From an uncultured Candidatus Saccharibacteria bacterium (GTDB lineage Bacteria; Patescibacteriota; UBA1384; XYA2-FULL-43-10; CAINNR01), in assembly GCA_964626415.1 (NCBI GenBank), contig CAZVFH010000003.1:1-55252 (forward strand): 55,252 nucleotides of DNA. The letters run 5' to 3'. Each line of letters begins with the position of its first letter. Positions within the stretch are counted from its first letter, which is position 1. The position numbers and the translations under genes were made by a program. Positions 15,136 to 24,560 of this stretch are shown in pieces. The notes beneath the pieces were generated by a model. It had not been told where the DNA came from. It did not search any database and was given only the letters and a program-made list of their open reading frames with translations.

Positions 15136-16935
15136 ATGATTACCAGTGAAAGAAAACCGGCACGTCGCCTTGCTCCGAGAAGTATGAATCGGAGTTTGTC
15201 CGGCAGCGGGCCGAATTTAGTTAAGACATTATCTTTCAGAAATGGCTCTGAAGGATTAGGGAAAAAACCGGCTTTGCGCTTCATCCCGCTTGGCGGGCTG
15301 GAAGAGGTCGGGAAAAATATGTCAATTATTGAATATGGCAATGACATTATTGTCATTGACATGGGTTTTATGTTCCCAAACGAGGATATGCCGGGGATTG
15401 ATTATGTTGTCCCCGATGTCAGTTATTTGGCGGAAAACAAGGATAGAATCCGCGGCGTAATAATTACCCACGGACATTTGGATCACACCGGTTCAATTCC
15501 CTATCTTTATGACCGAATTGGCGCACCGCAAATTTATTCGGCGCCGATGACAATTGGCTTGATTAAAAAGCGTCTTGAGGAGTTTGGTATGGAAAATCGG
15601 GTAAAACTGGCAACAATTATTCCGGGCGAAGAGATTTTACAGCTTGGAGTTTTTAAGATTGAAACATTTCGTCTAAATCATAATATCCCCGACAGTTTTG
15701 GTCTTTCAATCACGACGCCGGAAGGAATTTTGGTCTATGCGACCGATTGGAAATTCGATCATACGCCAGCTGATGGTCGGCCGACTGATTTTTCAAAACT
15801 GGCACAACTTGGCGGGCAGGGGGTTTTGGCGCTATTTTCTGACTCGACAAACGCTGAAAAACCCGGACATACGATTTCAGAAAAAGAAGTCGAGGATTCA
15901 TTATTTAAATTAGTTGAAAATGCCCGCGGCCGTCTGATTATCGCCACCTTTGCTTCGCTTATCTCTCGTATTCAGCAGATTTTAAATGTTTCGAAAAAAT
16001 TAAATCGCAAAGTTGCCTTTTCCGGTCGCTCAATGATCGCCAATGTCGAAGTCGCATCGGCACTAAAGGCCTTAGTTCTTCCCGAAGACACGATGATTGA
16101 TGCCGCCGATATCGGAAAATATCCTGACAACCGCGTTGTCATCGTTTGCACCGGTTCACAAGGTGAGGAACGTTCGGCGCTTACTCGAATTTCTGCCGGC
16201 GAACATCGGCAGATAAAAATCAAAAAAGGCGATACGGTAATTTTGTCTTCTTCGCCGATTCCCGGTAACGAGCGCTCGGTCTCGGAAGTTATGGATAATC
16301 TCTTTCGCGAAGGTGCCCGAGTTATTTACCAAAAAATGTTTGATGTCCACACTTCCGGACATGCTTATCAAGAGGACTTAAAGTTGATGATCGGTTTAAT
16401 CAAACCGAAGTTTTTTGTTCCGATTCATGGCGAGCGCCATAAGTTGATGATTCACGCCCAAATTGCCGCCGATCTTGGAATTCCGGAGGAGAATATTATG
16501 GTTTCTGATAATGGTCAAATAATTGAATTTGTCGCTGGTCGTGCTTCTGTCACCAACAAACGCGTTCCAGCTTCCTATGTTATGGTTGACGGGCTTGGTG
16601 TTGGTGATGTCGGCAATATCGTACTTCGCGACCGTAAAGCAATGGCTGCTGATGGCATATTTGTCGTCATCGTCACTGTTAATCACGAAAACGGTCAAAT
16701 TGTCACTTCGCCGGATATTATTTCTCGCGGTTTTATCTATATGCGCGAAAACGAAAATCTTGTTCATAAGGCCCGGGCGGAAATCAAGCGATTATTTTCC
16801 AAACATGTTGGCGATTCAAAACCTCGTGGTGATTGGGCGCTAATTAAAACCAAAATTCGCGAAGAGCTAGGCGATTTCTTGTACAAAGAAACCGAGCGCC
16901 GACCGATGGTTATTCCCGTTGTGATTGAGGTCTAA
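15136..16935 (+). CDS. rnj: ribonuclease J
   Basis: Metallo-beta-lactamase motif HGHLDHTG, beta-CASP and C-terminal domains, with an RNase J-typical length. Has a ~45-aa basic N-terminal extension. Confidence 0.9.
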   Translation: MITSERKPARRLAPRSMNRSLSGSGPNLVKTLSFRNGSEGLGKKPALRFIPLGGLEEVGKNMSIIEYGNDIIVIDMGFMFPNEDMPGIDYVVPDVSYLAENKDRIRGVIITHGHLDHTGSIPYLYDRIGAPQIYSAPMTIGLIKKRLEEFGMENRVKLATIIPGEEILQLGVFKIETFRLNHNIPDSFGLSITTPEGILVYATDWKFDHTPADGRPTDFSKLAQLGGQGVLALFSDSTNAEKPGHTISEKEVEDSLFKLVENARGRLIIATFASLISRIQQILNVSKKLNRKVAFSGRSMIANVEVASALKALVLPEDTMIDAADIGKYPDNRVVIVCTGSQGEERSALTRISAGEHRQIKIKKGDTVILSSSPIPGNERSVSEVMDNLFREGARVIYQKMFDVHTSGHAYQEDLKLMIGLIKPKFFVPIHGERHKLMIHAQIAADLGIPEENIMVSDNGQIIEFVAGRASVTNKRVPASYVMVDGLGVGDVGNIVLRDRKAMAADGIFVVIVTVNHENGQIVTSPDIISRGFIYMRENENLVHKARAEIKRLFSKHVGDSKPRGDWALIKTKIREELGDFLYKETERRPMVIPVVIEV

Positions 16936-16981
16936 AAAGTTGTAAGTTGTGAGCTGGTAAGTCGTAAGCAAAAAAAGAAAC

Positions 16982-17014
16982 AAAAAAACCGCCCTGAGCG
17001 GAGTCGAAGGGCGG
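16982..17014. terminator. hairpin between convergent genes (good terminator for the minus-strand gene)
   Basis: CCGCCC-N14-GGGCGG stem, with A7 on the + strand upstream (equal to T7 after the stem on the - strand). Confidence 0.6.
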
Positions 17015-17017
17015 AGG

Positions 17018-17425
17018 TTAATATTTCAAGTTGCGTTTTCTTAATTTGGCGATCTCTTGTTCACACCTTTTTTCAACTCGCGCAAGTCGCGCTAATGTTA
17101 TTTCACGATTCAAAGAATTGAGAAGCGTTTCAAATTCTCGTTTGCATTTTGGACATTCGTAGCCAACAACATAACGAACGGTGCGTCGACTTCTGCCTCT
17201 GCCTTTGATAATTTCCTCTTCAAAAATCTCCAGATATTCGTCAGTTCCGCACTCCGGATTGGCGCAAAGATAATCTTCCAAAATTATCTCTTTTTTTCTG
17301 CCTGCAAATTTTTCCTCTATTAGCTGAATGTCGTGCCGCTGGCGTTCAGCTTTGGCTTGATTTTTCAACTCAATTCGACGGGCTTCTTTTTCTTCTAGCA
17401 TCCGCTTCTCGTCAGTCGGCTTCAC
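17018..17425 (-). CDS. coiled-coil protein with a CxxC...CxxC zinc ribbon
   Basis: AGGAGGTGA SD and GTG start. Cys motifs CANPEC ... CPKC. Confidence 0.6.
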   Translation of the reverse strand: MKPTDEKRMLEEKEARRIELKNQAKAERQRHDIQLIEEKFAGRKKEIILEDYLCANPECGTDEYLEIFEEEIIKGRGRSRRTVRYVVGYECPKCKREFETLLNSLNREITLARLARVEKRCEQEIAKLRKRNLKY

Positions 17426-17473
17426 TCTTTTTCACCTCCTGTCAGGCGTTTGACTCACGATAGCAGAAATTGC

Positions 17474-17504
17474 TTTACAACACAAGAGAGTATTGTGGTA
17501 TAAT
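17474..17504 (+). promoter_or_regulatory. extended -10 promoter candidate (TTTACA-19-TGgTATAAT)
   Basis: TGGTATAAT at 17496-17504, upstream of ftsK. Confidence 0.5.
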
Positions 17505-17546
17505 TAATTGTAGGAAGAAGTTACAGTAATAAGTTCAAAATCATAA

Positions 17547-19799
17547 TTGAGGGGACTTTTCGGAGGTAATGTGGGGCGAAAACGAAAATATCCAAAACAC
17601 AAGCAAAGAAGTCCAAAGTGGTTCCAGCGTGAAAACGAATGGGGTGATTATGTTTTTGACTGGACACTTGGGCTTGGTCCGGACACATGGCGAGAGATTT
17701 TTGGCATAATTTTTATGGTTGTCGCCGTTGTTCTCTTTCTTGGAATTTTCGGTTCTGCTGGTCGACTTGGTGAAAAGTTGCGACTTTTGGACTATAAATT
17801 TTTAGGTATGGTTGCCGGCTATATTTTGCCATTGGCGATTTTTTGGCTCGGAGCGATAATTTTATTTCCGCCAAAAGGCGGCGTTAGAGTAATTAAATTT
17901 TTCGGTATAGCTTTATTTTTTCTTTTTGTACCGGCAATGTTTCATCTTTTTATTCCGGAAGTTGACGCCAAGGGCGCCAGCGAAAACGGTGATGGCGGCG
18001 GAGTTGTTGGCTATTTGGTCTCGAACGCTTTTCGTCAAGCGATCGGGACATTTCCATCATTTTTAGTCACTTTTGTTTTGTCTTTTGTTTCAATAATGAT
18101 GGTTTTTGATCTTTCAATATCCAGTATTCTTGGTCGAAAGCCAATTAAAGATTTAGAAAAAATTGACGACGGCAAAGTCAAAATTCATCGCGGGGGCAGA
18201 GAAGAAGAACTTCCCGAAAGACCAAAAGGTGGGTTTTTTGCTGGGATTAGGAATCGCCTTAATTTTTTTCCGTTCAAACCAAGAATTACCGAGGACTTGC
18301 GAGCGCCAGTAATTGAAACGACTCCACTTCCTTCAACAAAAATTTCCTCTGGCCGGGTTTGGCAATTTCCAACACTTGATCTTTTGGTTGAATCAAATGA
18401 TGTTGCCAAGTCGGGCGATATTGGAAAGAATGTTGAAACGATAAAAAAATGTTTTTCTACCTTTGGAATCGAAGTAAAGATGCAAGATGTTAATGTCGGG
18501 CCGACGGTTACCCAGTACACATTGCGGCCAAACGAAGGAGTCAAGCTAAATCAAATTACCGCCCGTAATACTGATATTGCCTTGGCACTGGCGGCAAAAA
18601 GTTTGCGAATCGAGGCGCCGATCCCGGGGAAAAGTGCCGTTGGTATTGAAGTGCCAAATGTTGTCGCGGCAAAAGTGACATTAAAAGAGGTGATGATTTC
18701 CTCTCAATTTAAGACCCAAAAAAGCAAATTAGCAATTGCCTTAGGTCGTGATGTCGCCGGCACAGCAGTTGCGATTGACCTTGAATCAATGCCGCATTTG
18801 ATGGTGGCCGGTGCCACTGGTTCAGGAAAAAGCGTTTGTATCAACTCAATAATTTCGGCTTTTCTTTTTAACAATTCTCCGGAAGACATGCGCCTTCTTT
18901 TAATCGATCCAAAAAGAGTCGAGTTGACAAATTATAATGGCATCCCGCACTTGCTTTCTCCTGTTGTAATTGATGTTGATAAAACCATCTCAACATTAAA
19001 GTGGACGGTCTATGAGATGGAGAGGCGCTACAAAATTTTCTCTGATTCAGGAAAAAGAAATATTGCATCTTACAATGAGTTACCGGGACCCGAAGGTAAA
19101 TTGCCGTATATCGTTGTGATTATTGATGAGCTTGCTGATCTGATGGCGGTTTCGGCAAATGAAGTAGAGGCATCAATTGTTCGAATCGCTCAAATGGCCA
19201 GGGCAACCGGAATTCATTTAATTGTCGCAACACAACGTCCTTCGGTTGATGTCCTTACCGGTTTAATCAAAGCAAACATTACTTCGCGAATTGCCTTTGC
19301 AACTGCTTCAAATGTTGATTCGCGAACAATTCTTGATATGTCGGGAGCCGAGAAACTTTTAGGAAATGGTGATATGTTGTTTATCGGCAACGGGCTTTCG
19401 AAACCGAGGCGTATTCAGGGCTGTTTTGTTTCTGATAAAGAAATCAATTCTTTGGTTGGCTTTTTGAAAAATCAGGGAGAGGCGGAGTATGACGAGTCAA
19501 TTCTCTCCTTTCGTCCGGCAAAATTAGCCGGCAGCCATGGCGGAGGGTCAGTTGATGATGATTTATACGATGAAGCAATTCAAGTCGTTATGAACTCCGG
19601 ACAGGCATCGGCGTCGCTACTGCAGCGCCGGCTCCGCGTCGGCTACGCCCGAGCGGCCCGTCTTTTGGATATAATGGAAGAGGCCGGCGTAATTGGTCCA
19701 TCAAACGGCGCCAAACCGAGAGATATTTTGATGAATACTGATCAGCAGTTTGGCTCTGATAATGAAAACCAACATTTTTCAAAGGATGACAGGCATTAA
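17547..19799 (+). CDS. ftsK: DNA translocase FtsK/SpoIIIE
   Basis: N-terminal TM segments. Walker A motif GATGSGKS. C-terminal winged-helix gamma domain (ASASLLQRRLRVGYARAARLLD). The start is uncertain (TTG 17547 or GTG 17571). Confidence 0.9.
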   Translation: MRGLFGGNVGRKRKYPKHKQRSPKWFQRENEWGDYVFDWTLGLGPDTWREIFGIIFMVVAVVLFLGIFGSAGRLGEKLRLLDYKFLGMVAGYILPLAIFWLGAIILFPPKGGVRVIKFFGIALFFLFVPAMFHLFIPEVDAKGASENGDGGGVVGYLVSNAFRQAIGTFPSFLVTFVLSFVSIMMVFDLSISSILGRKPIKDLEKIDDGKVKIHRGGREEELPERPKGGFFAGIRNRLNFFPFKPRITEDLRAPVIETTPLPSTKISSGRVWQFPTLDLLVESNDVAKSGDIGKNVETIKKCFSTFGIEVKMQDVNVGPTVTQYTLRPNEGVKLNQITARNTDIALALAAKSLRIEAPIPGKSAVGIEVPNVVAAKVTLKEVMISSQFKTQKSKLAIALGRDVAGTAVAIDLESMPHLMVAGATGSGKSVCINSIISAFLFNNSPEDMRLLLIDPKRVELTNYNGIPHLLSPVVIDVDKTISTLKWTVYEMERRYKIFSDSGKRNIASYNELPGPEGKLPYIVVIIDELADLMAVSANEVEASIVRIAQMARATGIHLIVATQRPSVDVLTGLIKANITSRIAFATASNVDSRTILDMSGAEKLLGNGDMLFIGNGLSKPRRIQGCFVSDKEINSLVGFLKNQGEAEYDESILSFRPAKLAGSHGGGSVDDDLYDEAIQVVMNSGQASASLLQRRLRVGYARAARLLDIMEEAGVIGPSNGAKPRDILMNTDQQFGSDNENQHFSKDDRH

Positions 19800-19800
19800 T

Positions 19801-19906
19801 AATTAAGAGTTCAGAATTAAGATCTCAAAATTATGGTATCCCGACTAGTCGGGAGTAACTATAATAGTCATTCCATAATTTTGCATTTTGATTTTTGCAT
19901 TTTAAA
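19801..19906 (+). repeat. AT-rich hairpin element H5 (same family as H1/H2)
   Basis: CAAAATTATGG ... CCATAATTTTG is a perfect 11-bp inner stem. The centre is TCCCGACtaGTCGGGA followed by ACTATAATAGTCATTCCATAATTTTG. Confidence 0.8.
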
Positions 19907-19914
19907 TTTTTTAT

Positions 19915-20610
19915 ATGGTTGCTGCGGGATTTAAGCTACATAAAATTAGGGCATCAAGGCCTTTCGGTGAACGGCTAAGACGAGCCAGAAAACGGCTTGG
20001 GGTTGATTTAATAGAGGCGGAACTTGCGACCAAGATTAGAGCAAAATATTTAGAAGCGCTTGAGAATGAAGATTTTGAAGTACTACCAAATGATATTTAT
20101 GTTAAGGGTTTTGTCATCACTTACGCGAAATACTTGAAGCTTGATCCCGAGAAATTTTTTAATCTTTTTTTAAAGCAAAGATCAGCAGTTGCATATAGTC
20201 AACCAGCCAATTTTTTAGTCAAAAAAACAAAAACGGCAAAGAGTTTTATCTTATCTCCAAAAATATTGACTATCTTTTTTGTCGCCGTTTTATCAATTCT
20301 GGCCATCTCTTATGTGACTATCGGTGTTTATAATTTTACCTCTGTCCCACAACTTGAGATTTTTACTCCAGTGAACAATTCAGCAACAGCAGATGAAATT
20401 GTAAATATCACTGGCAAAACTGAGGAGAGTTCCCGTCTTTTTATCAACAAACAGTCGGTATCGATTGGTGAAAGCGGCAACTTTCAGCTTGAGCTTTCAC
20501 TTCAAAATGGGATTAACACTATCGTAGTTACATCGGAGGGAAGAAATAATCGAATTTCAAGCAAGATAATCATTGTTGAGAGAAAGATGAAAACGGCGAG
20601 TGGACAGTAA
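19915..20610 (+). CDS. RodZ-like HTH membrane protein
   Basis: N-terminal HTH (FGERLRRARKRLGVDL...YLEALENEDFE.LP...YVKGF), one TM segment and an extracytoplasmic C-terminal domain. Confidence 0.7.
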   Translation: MVAAGFKLHKIRASRPFGERLRRARKRLGVDLIEAELATKIRAKYLEALENEDFEVLPNDIYVKGFVITYAKYLKLDPEKFFNLFLKQRSAVAYSQPANFLVKKTKTAKSFILSPKILTIFFVAVLSILAISYVTIGVYNFTSVPQLEIFTPVNNSATADEIVNITGKTEESSRLFINKQSVSIGESGNFQLELSLQNGINTIVVTSEGRNNRISSKIIIVERKMKTASGQ

Positions 20611-20621
20611 ACTGACAAATA

Positions 20622-20764
20622 TGGAAGTAAAAACTACCACAGATCTATTGTCACTAATAAACACTGATAATTCTATCAGAGACAATCCGTGACGATAGAT
20701 CAGTGAGAGTTTATAATTCACTGTTCGATTCGTAATTTCGTTTTAATTAGTAATTTCGTAGGGG
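20622..20764 (+). repeat. CACWGAT-heptamer promoter/leader module, copy B (upstream of recA)
   Basis: Begins TGGAAGTAAAAACTACCACAGATC and runs through GATCAGTGAGAGTTTATAATTC, followed by the shared leader TTCGTAATTTCG...TTCGTAGGGG. Confidence 0.85.
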
Positions 20765-20780
20765 AACTGGGAGGAGTTTT

Positions 20781-21815
20781 ATGGTAAAAAAAGATGCCGG
20801 AAAAGAAAACACAAACAAAAATGACTCTATTAAAAAAGCTAAGTCCGAGGCGCTTGATGTTGCGCTGGCTTCGATAGAAAAGCAGTTTGGCAAGGGTTCG
20901 ATTATGAAATATGGTGCCGACACAAAATTAGATGTGGCGGTTATTCCAACCGGTTCGTTTGCGCTTGATTTAGCGCTTGGCGTCGGCGGTTTGCCACGCG
21001 GCAGAGTTGTTGAAATATATGGACCGGAATCATCAGGCAAAACAACTTTGGCAATTTCGGTTGCGGCGCAGGCGCAAAAACTTGGAGGTATTGCGGCTTT
21101 TATTGATGCCGAGCATGCTTTTGATCCGGAATATGCCAAAAAAATCGGCATAAATCTTGATGATCTATTGATGTCCCAGCCGGATACCGGTGAGCAGGCA
21201 TTGGAAATTTGCGAAACACTGGTCCGCTCAAATGCTGTTGATGTCGTTATTATTGATTCAGTTGCCGCTCTTGTTCCTCGGGCTGAAATTGAGGGTGAAA
21301 TGGGTGACTCAATGATGGGAGTCCAGGCGCGACTAATGTCGCAGGCGCTTCGAAAACTAACCGCTGTTATTTCCAAATCAAAAACAATGGTGATCTTTAT
21401 CAACCAGATTCGAATGAAAATTGGCGTAATGTTTGGAAATCCGGAAACGACAACCGGCGGTAACGCTTTGAAATTTTATGCTTCAGTCCGTTTGGAAATC
21501 CGTCGCAAAGCAACATTAAAACGCGGCGAGGAAAATGTTGGTAATCATGTCGGGGTTAAAGTTGTTAAAAATAAAGTTGCGTCGCCGTTTAAGACCGCCG
21601 AATTTGATATTATGTTTGGGATTGGAATTGATGCCGAAGGTGAAATTATTGATCTCGGCGTCGCGCAGGAAGTAATCGAAAAAGCTGGCGCTTGGCTTTC
21701 GTACAACGCTGAAAAAATCGGCCAGGGCAAAGAAGGTGCAAGAGCATTTCTAAAAGAAAATCCCAAAATCGCCGAAGAGATTAAGGCAAAAATTGTTGAG
21801 AAAATGAAAGAATAA
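20781..21815 (+). CDS. recA: recombinase RecA
   Basis: Walker A motif GPESSGKTT. Canonical RecA sequence throughout. GGGAGGAG SD upstream. Confidence 0.97.
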   Translation: MVKKDAGKENTNKNDSIKKAKSEALDVALASIEKQFGKGSIMKYGADTKLDVAVIPTGSFALDLALGVGGLPRGRVVEIYGPESSGKTTLAISVAAQAQKLGGIAAFIDAEHAFDPEYAKKIGINLDDLLMSQPDTGEQALEICETLVRSNAVDVVIIDSVAALVPRAEIEGEMGDSMMGVQARLMSQALRKLTAVISKSKTMVIFINQIRMKIGVMFGNPETTTGGNALKFYASVRLEIRRKATLKRGEENVGNHVGVKVVKNKVASPFKTAEFDIMFGIGIDAEGEIIDLGVAQEVIEKAGAWLSYNAEKIGQGKEGARAFLKENPKIAEEIKAKIVEKMKE

Positions 21816-21838
21816 TAATTAACAAAGAAAGGAGAATT

Positions 21839-22309
21839 ATGAGCGTGGAAAGTGGAAAAAGTATTGGTGAAGAATATGCCGATTGGAAAGCAGAAGGTCC
21901 AAAAGCAGAAAGTCCAAAAGAGGAAGATGTGTGGGCAGATGAAGCGCCCAAAGACGACCCCGAAACAATGCCAAAACCGACAAAGCCAGAATTTGTTGGA
22001 CGGCGATATGGCGAAGAGATAAACGATCGTACAAGAAACGAAAAATTAGAAAATTTTGCCAGAGAAATAGCGGTTTTCTTGGCAGACAATTTTATTTCAG
22101 GGCAACGTGATTTAACCCCGAAGGAACAAAATGAACTTTCTATTTTACGCTCTCACATCGCTGAAGCTCACAAAGGTAATCCAACTATGAATTTTGGCGA
22201 AGCATTTGAAGAAGCTGCAAGATATATGGAAAGGATGGACCCAGAAGGTGGTAAAAAATTTCGCCAAGAACACTACAACGAAATGGAAAAAGCTAGAGGC
22301 ATATATTGA
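21839..22309 (+). CDS. hypothetical acidic protein (156 aa)
   Basis: GGAG SD. Follows recA after 23 nt. No recognisable motif. Confidence 0.5.
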   Translation: MSVESGKSIGEEYADWKAEGPKAESPKEEDVWADEAPKDDPETMPKPTKPEFVGRRYGEEINDRTRNEKLENFAREIAVFLADNFISGQRDLTPKEQNELSILRSHIAEAHKGNPTMNFGEAFEEAARYMERMDPEGGKKFRQEHYNEMEKARGIY

Positions 22310-22440
22310 ATATGAATAACATTTAGAATAATTTGATCAACGATTTGCAAAATTGAAAGAAAAGGTACAAACAAGATTTTGAGCTACTATTCAAAGCAAA
22401 AATCAGTGAAAAAATAAAAGCGGAATAGTTATTATTGCAT

Positions 22441-23412
22441 ATGGCTGAAAGTGGTTTTTTTTTAAGCAAAGAACAATTGGAAGCTACCAAAGCTGATTTT
22501 TTAGTTGATCAAGAAAGGCAAAAAAAAGAAGCTGATAATTACGAAGTTTTTAAACCTGAAAATGCGATACCATTCGGATCTTTTTATTATAATTTGGTTA
22601 CAGGAAAATCCGAAGCTGAATTTATTGAGGCAATCCCGGATGACAAATTAAAGGAAGGCGCTACTGAGATTGCTCGATGTATTGGTTCTTGGCGGGACAA
22701 ACAAACCAAAAGATTTGATTCAGAAAATTTTGATGTTGAAAAATTATTGGCACAGATTTTTCCTGAGGTTGAAGTTAGTGATATTTTGAAATTTGACAAG
22801 CGTTATCATCTCGCGTCTTACAGTAGGGGGATATTTGTAATTCACATCAGCGAAGAATTGCTAAATAAAATTAAAAAGGTTACTGGCGATGAGTTAACTC
22901 AAGCTATGGCGGCTACTCACAAAGACATTGTCCAGTTTTTAATGATTCCGGATTATGGTGAGGAAGAAACAAACCGATTAGAGGAACCGCCACTATTAGC
23001 TCATGAAGCTTGCCATCTTATAACTAGAGAAATTATGTGGCAGGGACAAATAACTACTGATTATGATGATCCTGTGTGGCAGACAGCATTTTTGACATTC
23101 AGAGAAGAGCTGACTTGTAGAATTGTCGGCAGTCAATCTTTGGTTGGATATATTCACATTAGAAATATTACGCCAGAAGAAATTGAAAAGATTGGCGCTG
23201 AAAAAGTTGAGGAAGTCAAAAATCAAACCGGCGACACCAACACTTTACTTGGTGAGATTAATCGTCTGACAAGAAAAAAATGGAAAAATAACCAAGATTT
23301 AATTTTATCGGTTTTTCAATCACTAAATTTTAATGATTTGAGACGCAGATTGTGGGGCTATAAATTATATCTGGATACTTTGCCGATCTCCAAGAAAAAC
23401 GAAAATTATTAA
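22441..23412 (+). CDS. hypothetical protein with an HExxH motif (putative metallopeptidase)
   Basis: HEACH motif in PPLLAHEACHLITRE. No signal peptide. ATG at 22441 preferred. A T9 tract lies at 22455-22463, five codons into the gene. Confidence 0.5.
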   Translation: MAESGFFLSKEQLEATKADFLVDQERQKKEADNYEVFKPENAIPFGSFYYNLVTGKSEAEFIEAIPDDKLKEGATEIARCIGSWRDKQTKRFDSENFDVEKLLAQIFPEVEVSDILKFDKRYHLASYSRGIFVIHISEELLNKIKKVTGDELTQAMAATHKDIVQFLMIPDYGEEETNRLEEPPLLAHEACHLITREIMWQGQITTDYDDPVWQTAFLTFREELTCRIVGSQSLVGYIHIRNITPEEIEKIGAEKVEEVKNQTGDTNTLLGEINRLTRKKWKNNQDLILSVFQSLNFNDLRRRLWGYKLYLDTLPISKKNENY

Positions 23413-23421
23413 AACACAAAA

Positions 23422-23988
23422 ATGTATGTTCCAAGGAATCCGCTAGGATATAAAAAACTTTTGACATGGCCCGCCTGCATCAGCTGTGCTGAAAGCATTG
23501 CGGGCAGGAGACAGGCGAATAAGATTTTCGTGTTAACGGAGGAGTTTGTGAAATCGTTATCAAAATTTCATCCGCAGACGCGCCAAAGAACGATGGATAC
23601 TGCTGATCATATGTTGCGGTCGACGCAGTCGGTTGTTCGGAATATTGAAGAAGGTTTTTCACGAGCGACGACCAAGGAATATGTAACTTTTTTGGGATTT
23701 TCCAAAGGATCTTTGGAAGAATTATTAAATGATTTTGAATACTGCCGGCGGAGTAATCTCGGCGATGAGAAGATTTCCGATCAAGCGATTTTTCTCTGCA
23801 AAGGCGAGGGGAAGATGCTTCACAACCAGATAGAATCACTCGAACGAAAGCGATTTTCTGATGGTACAACTTCAGTAAATGAGAAAATAGCAAATCATTG
23901 GCAGAAAGAATCACAAAGAAAAAAAGAATTCGATAAGTATTTAAGAGAGTTTATGGGAGATAAGGGGAAGAAGGAAGAAGAAAATTAA
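23422..23988 (+). CDS. four-helix-bundle protein (23S rRNA IVS / Avd-like family)
   Basis: Family-typical SVVRNIEEGFSR...YVTFLGFSKGSLEELLNDF. Carries an in-frame GC-rich hairpin insert near the N-terminus. Confidence 0.7.
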   Translation: MYVPRNPLGYKKLLTWPACISCAESIAGRRQANKIFVLTEEFVKSLSKFHPQTRQRTMDTADHMLRSTQSVVRNIEEGFSRATTKEYVTFLGFSKGSLEELLNDFEYCRRSNLGDEKISDQAIFLCKGEGKMLHNQIESLERKRFSDGTTSVNEKIANHWQKESQRKKEFDKYLREFMGDKGKKEEEN

Positions 23989-23989
23989 T

Positions 23990-24105
23990 GGAGGGATTTT
24001 AGGGGAGGTAAAGGGGAAGGATAAGGACAAGGGAAAAGGGGAAATTAGGGGAGCTTAAGGGGATCGTTCTAACTCTGAAACCCTTAACATCCCCTAAATT
24101 CCCTT
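23990..24105 (+). other. G-tract-rich purine run ending in an imperfect 25-bp hairpin, directly upstream of recX
   Basis: At least 6 GGGG/GGG tracts between 23990 and 24063. AAGGGGAAATTAGGGGAGCTTAAGGGG pairs with CCCTTAACATCCCCTAAATTCCCTT. Confidence 0.6.
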
Positions 24106-24113
24106 AAACAAAA

Positions 24114-24560
24114 ATGAAAAAATTAAAACCGCTTGAATATGCGCTTTGGCTTTTGGGGAAGCAAGATCGAAGTATTGGTGAAATGGAGGAGAAGCTTCGT
24201 CGAAGGGAGTGTTCAAAAGAAGAAATTTCCAAAACGCTTGATTTTCTAATTTCCAACAAATTTTTAGATGATCAGAAGTTTGCCGAAAATTTTGTCCGTT
24301 TCAAAAAATCACTAAAGCCAGTCGGAAAATATTATCTTCGGAGTAAATTATTAGCAAAAAGAGTTCCAAATGAAATTATCGAGAAAGTCCTTTTAGAAAA
24401 TTCTGATGAACTTTCAGAGATTTCCAAAGCTGCTAATCATTTTTTTGCCGAAAACAAAAAAATCCCGAAGGAAAAAATCTACCAAAAACTCGTTCGCCAC
24501 CTTCTCTCGCGTGGTTTTGAATGGGAAAAAGTCAGGGAGGTTGTTTCGGGGAAAATGTGA
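24114..24560 (+). CDS. recX: RecA regulator RecX
   Basis: 148 aa with a three-repeat helical pattern (ALWLLGKQDRSIGEMEEKL..., LDDQKFAENFVR...) typical of RecX. Confidence 0.75.
   Translation: MKKLKPLEYALWLLGKQDRSIGEMEEKLRRRECSKEEISKTLDFLISNKFLDDQKFAENFVRFKKSLKPVGKYYLRSKLLAKRVPNEIIEKVLLENSDELSEISKAANHFFAENKKIPKEKIYQKLVRHLLSRGFEWEKVREVVSGKM

Noticed and set aside
20622-20780. LexA/SOS box upstream of recA
   Set aside because: There is no CGAAC-N4-GTTCG or CTGT-N8-ACAG type dyad. The ATCTGTGACGACAGAT dyad seen in copy C is not conserved in the recA copy (B).
20747-21403. 218-aa ORF antisense to recA
   Set aside because: It lies entirely within the unambiguous recA CDS on the opposite strand. 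Its composition is Ser/Ala/Ile-rich, typical of a mirror-frame artefact, and it has no SD.
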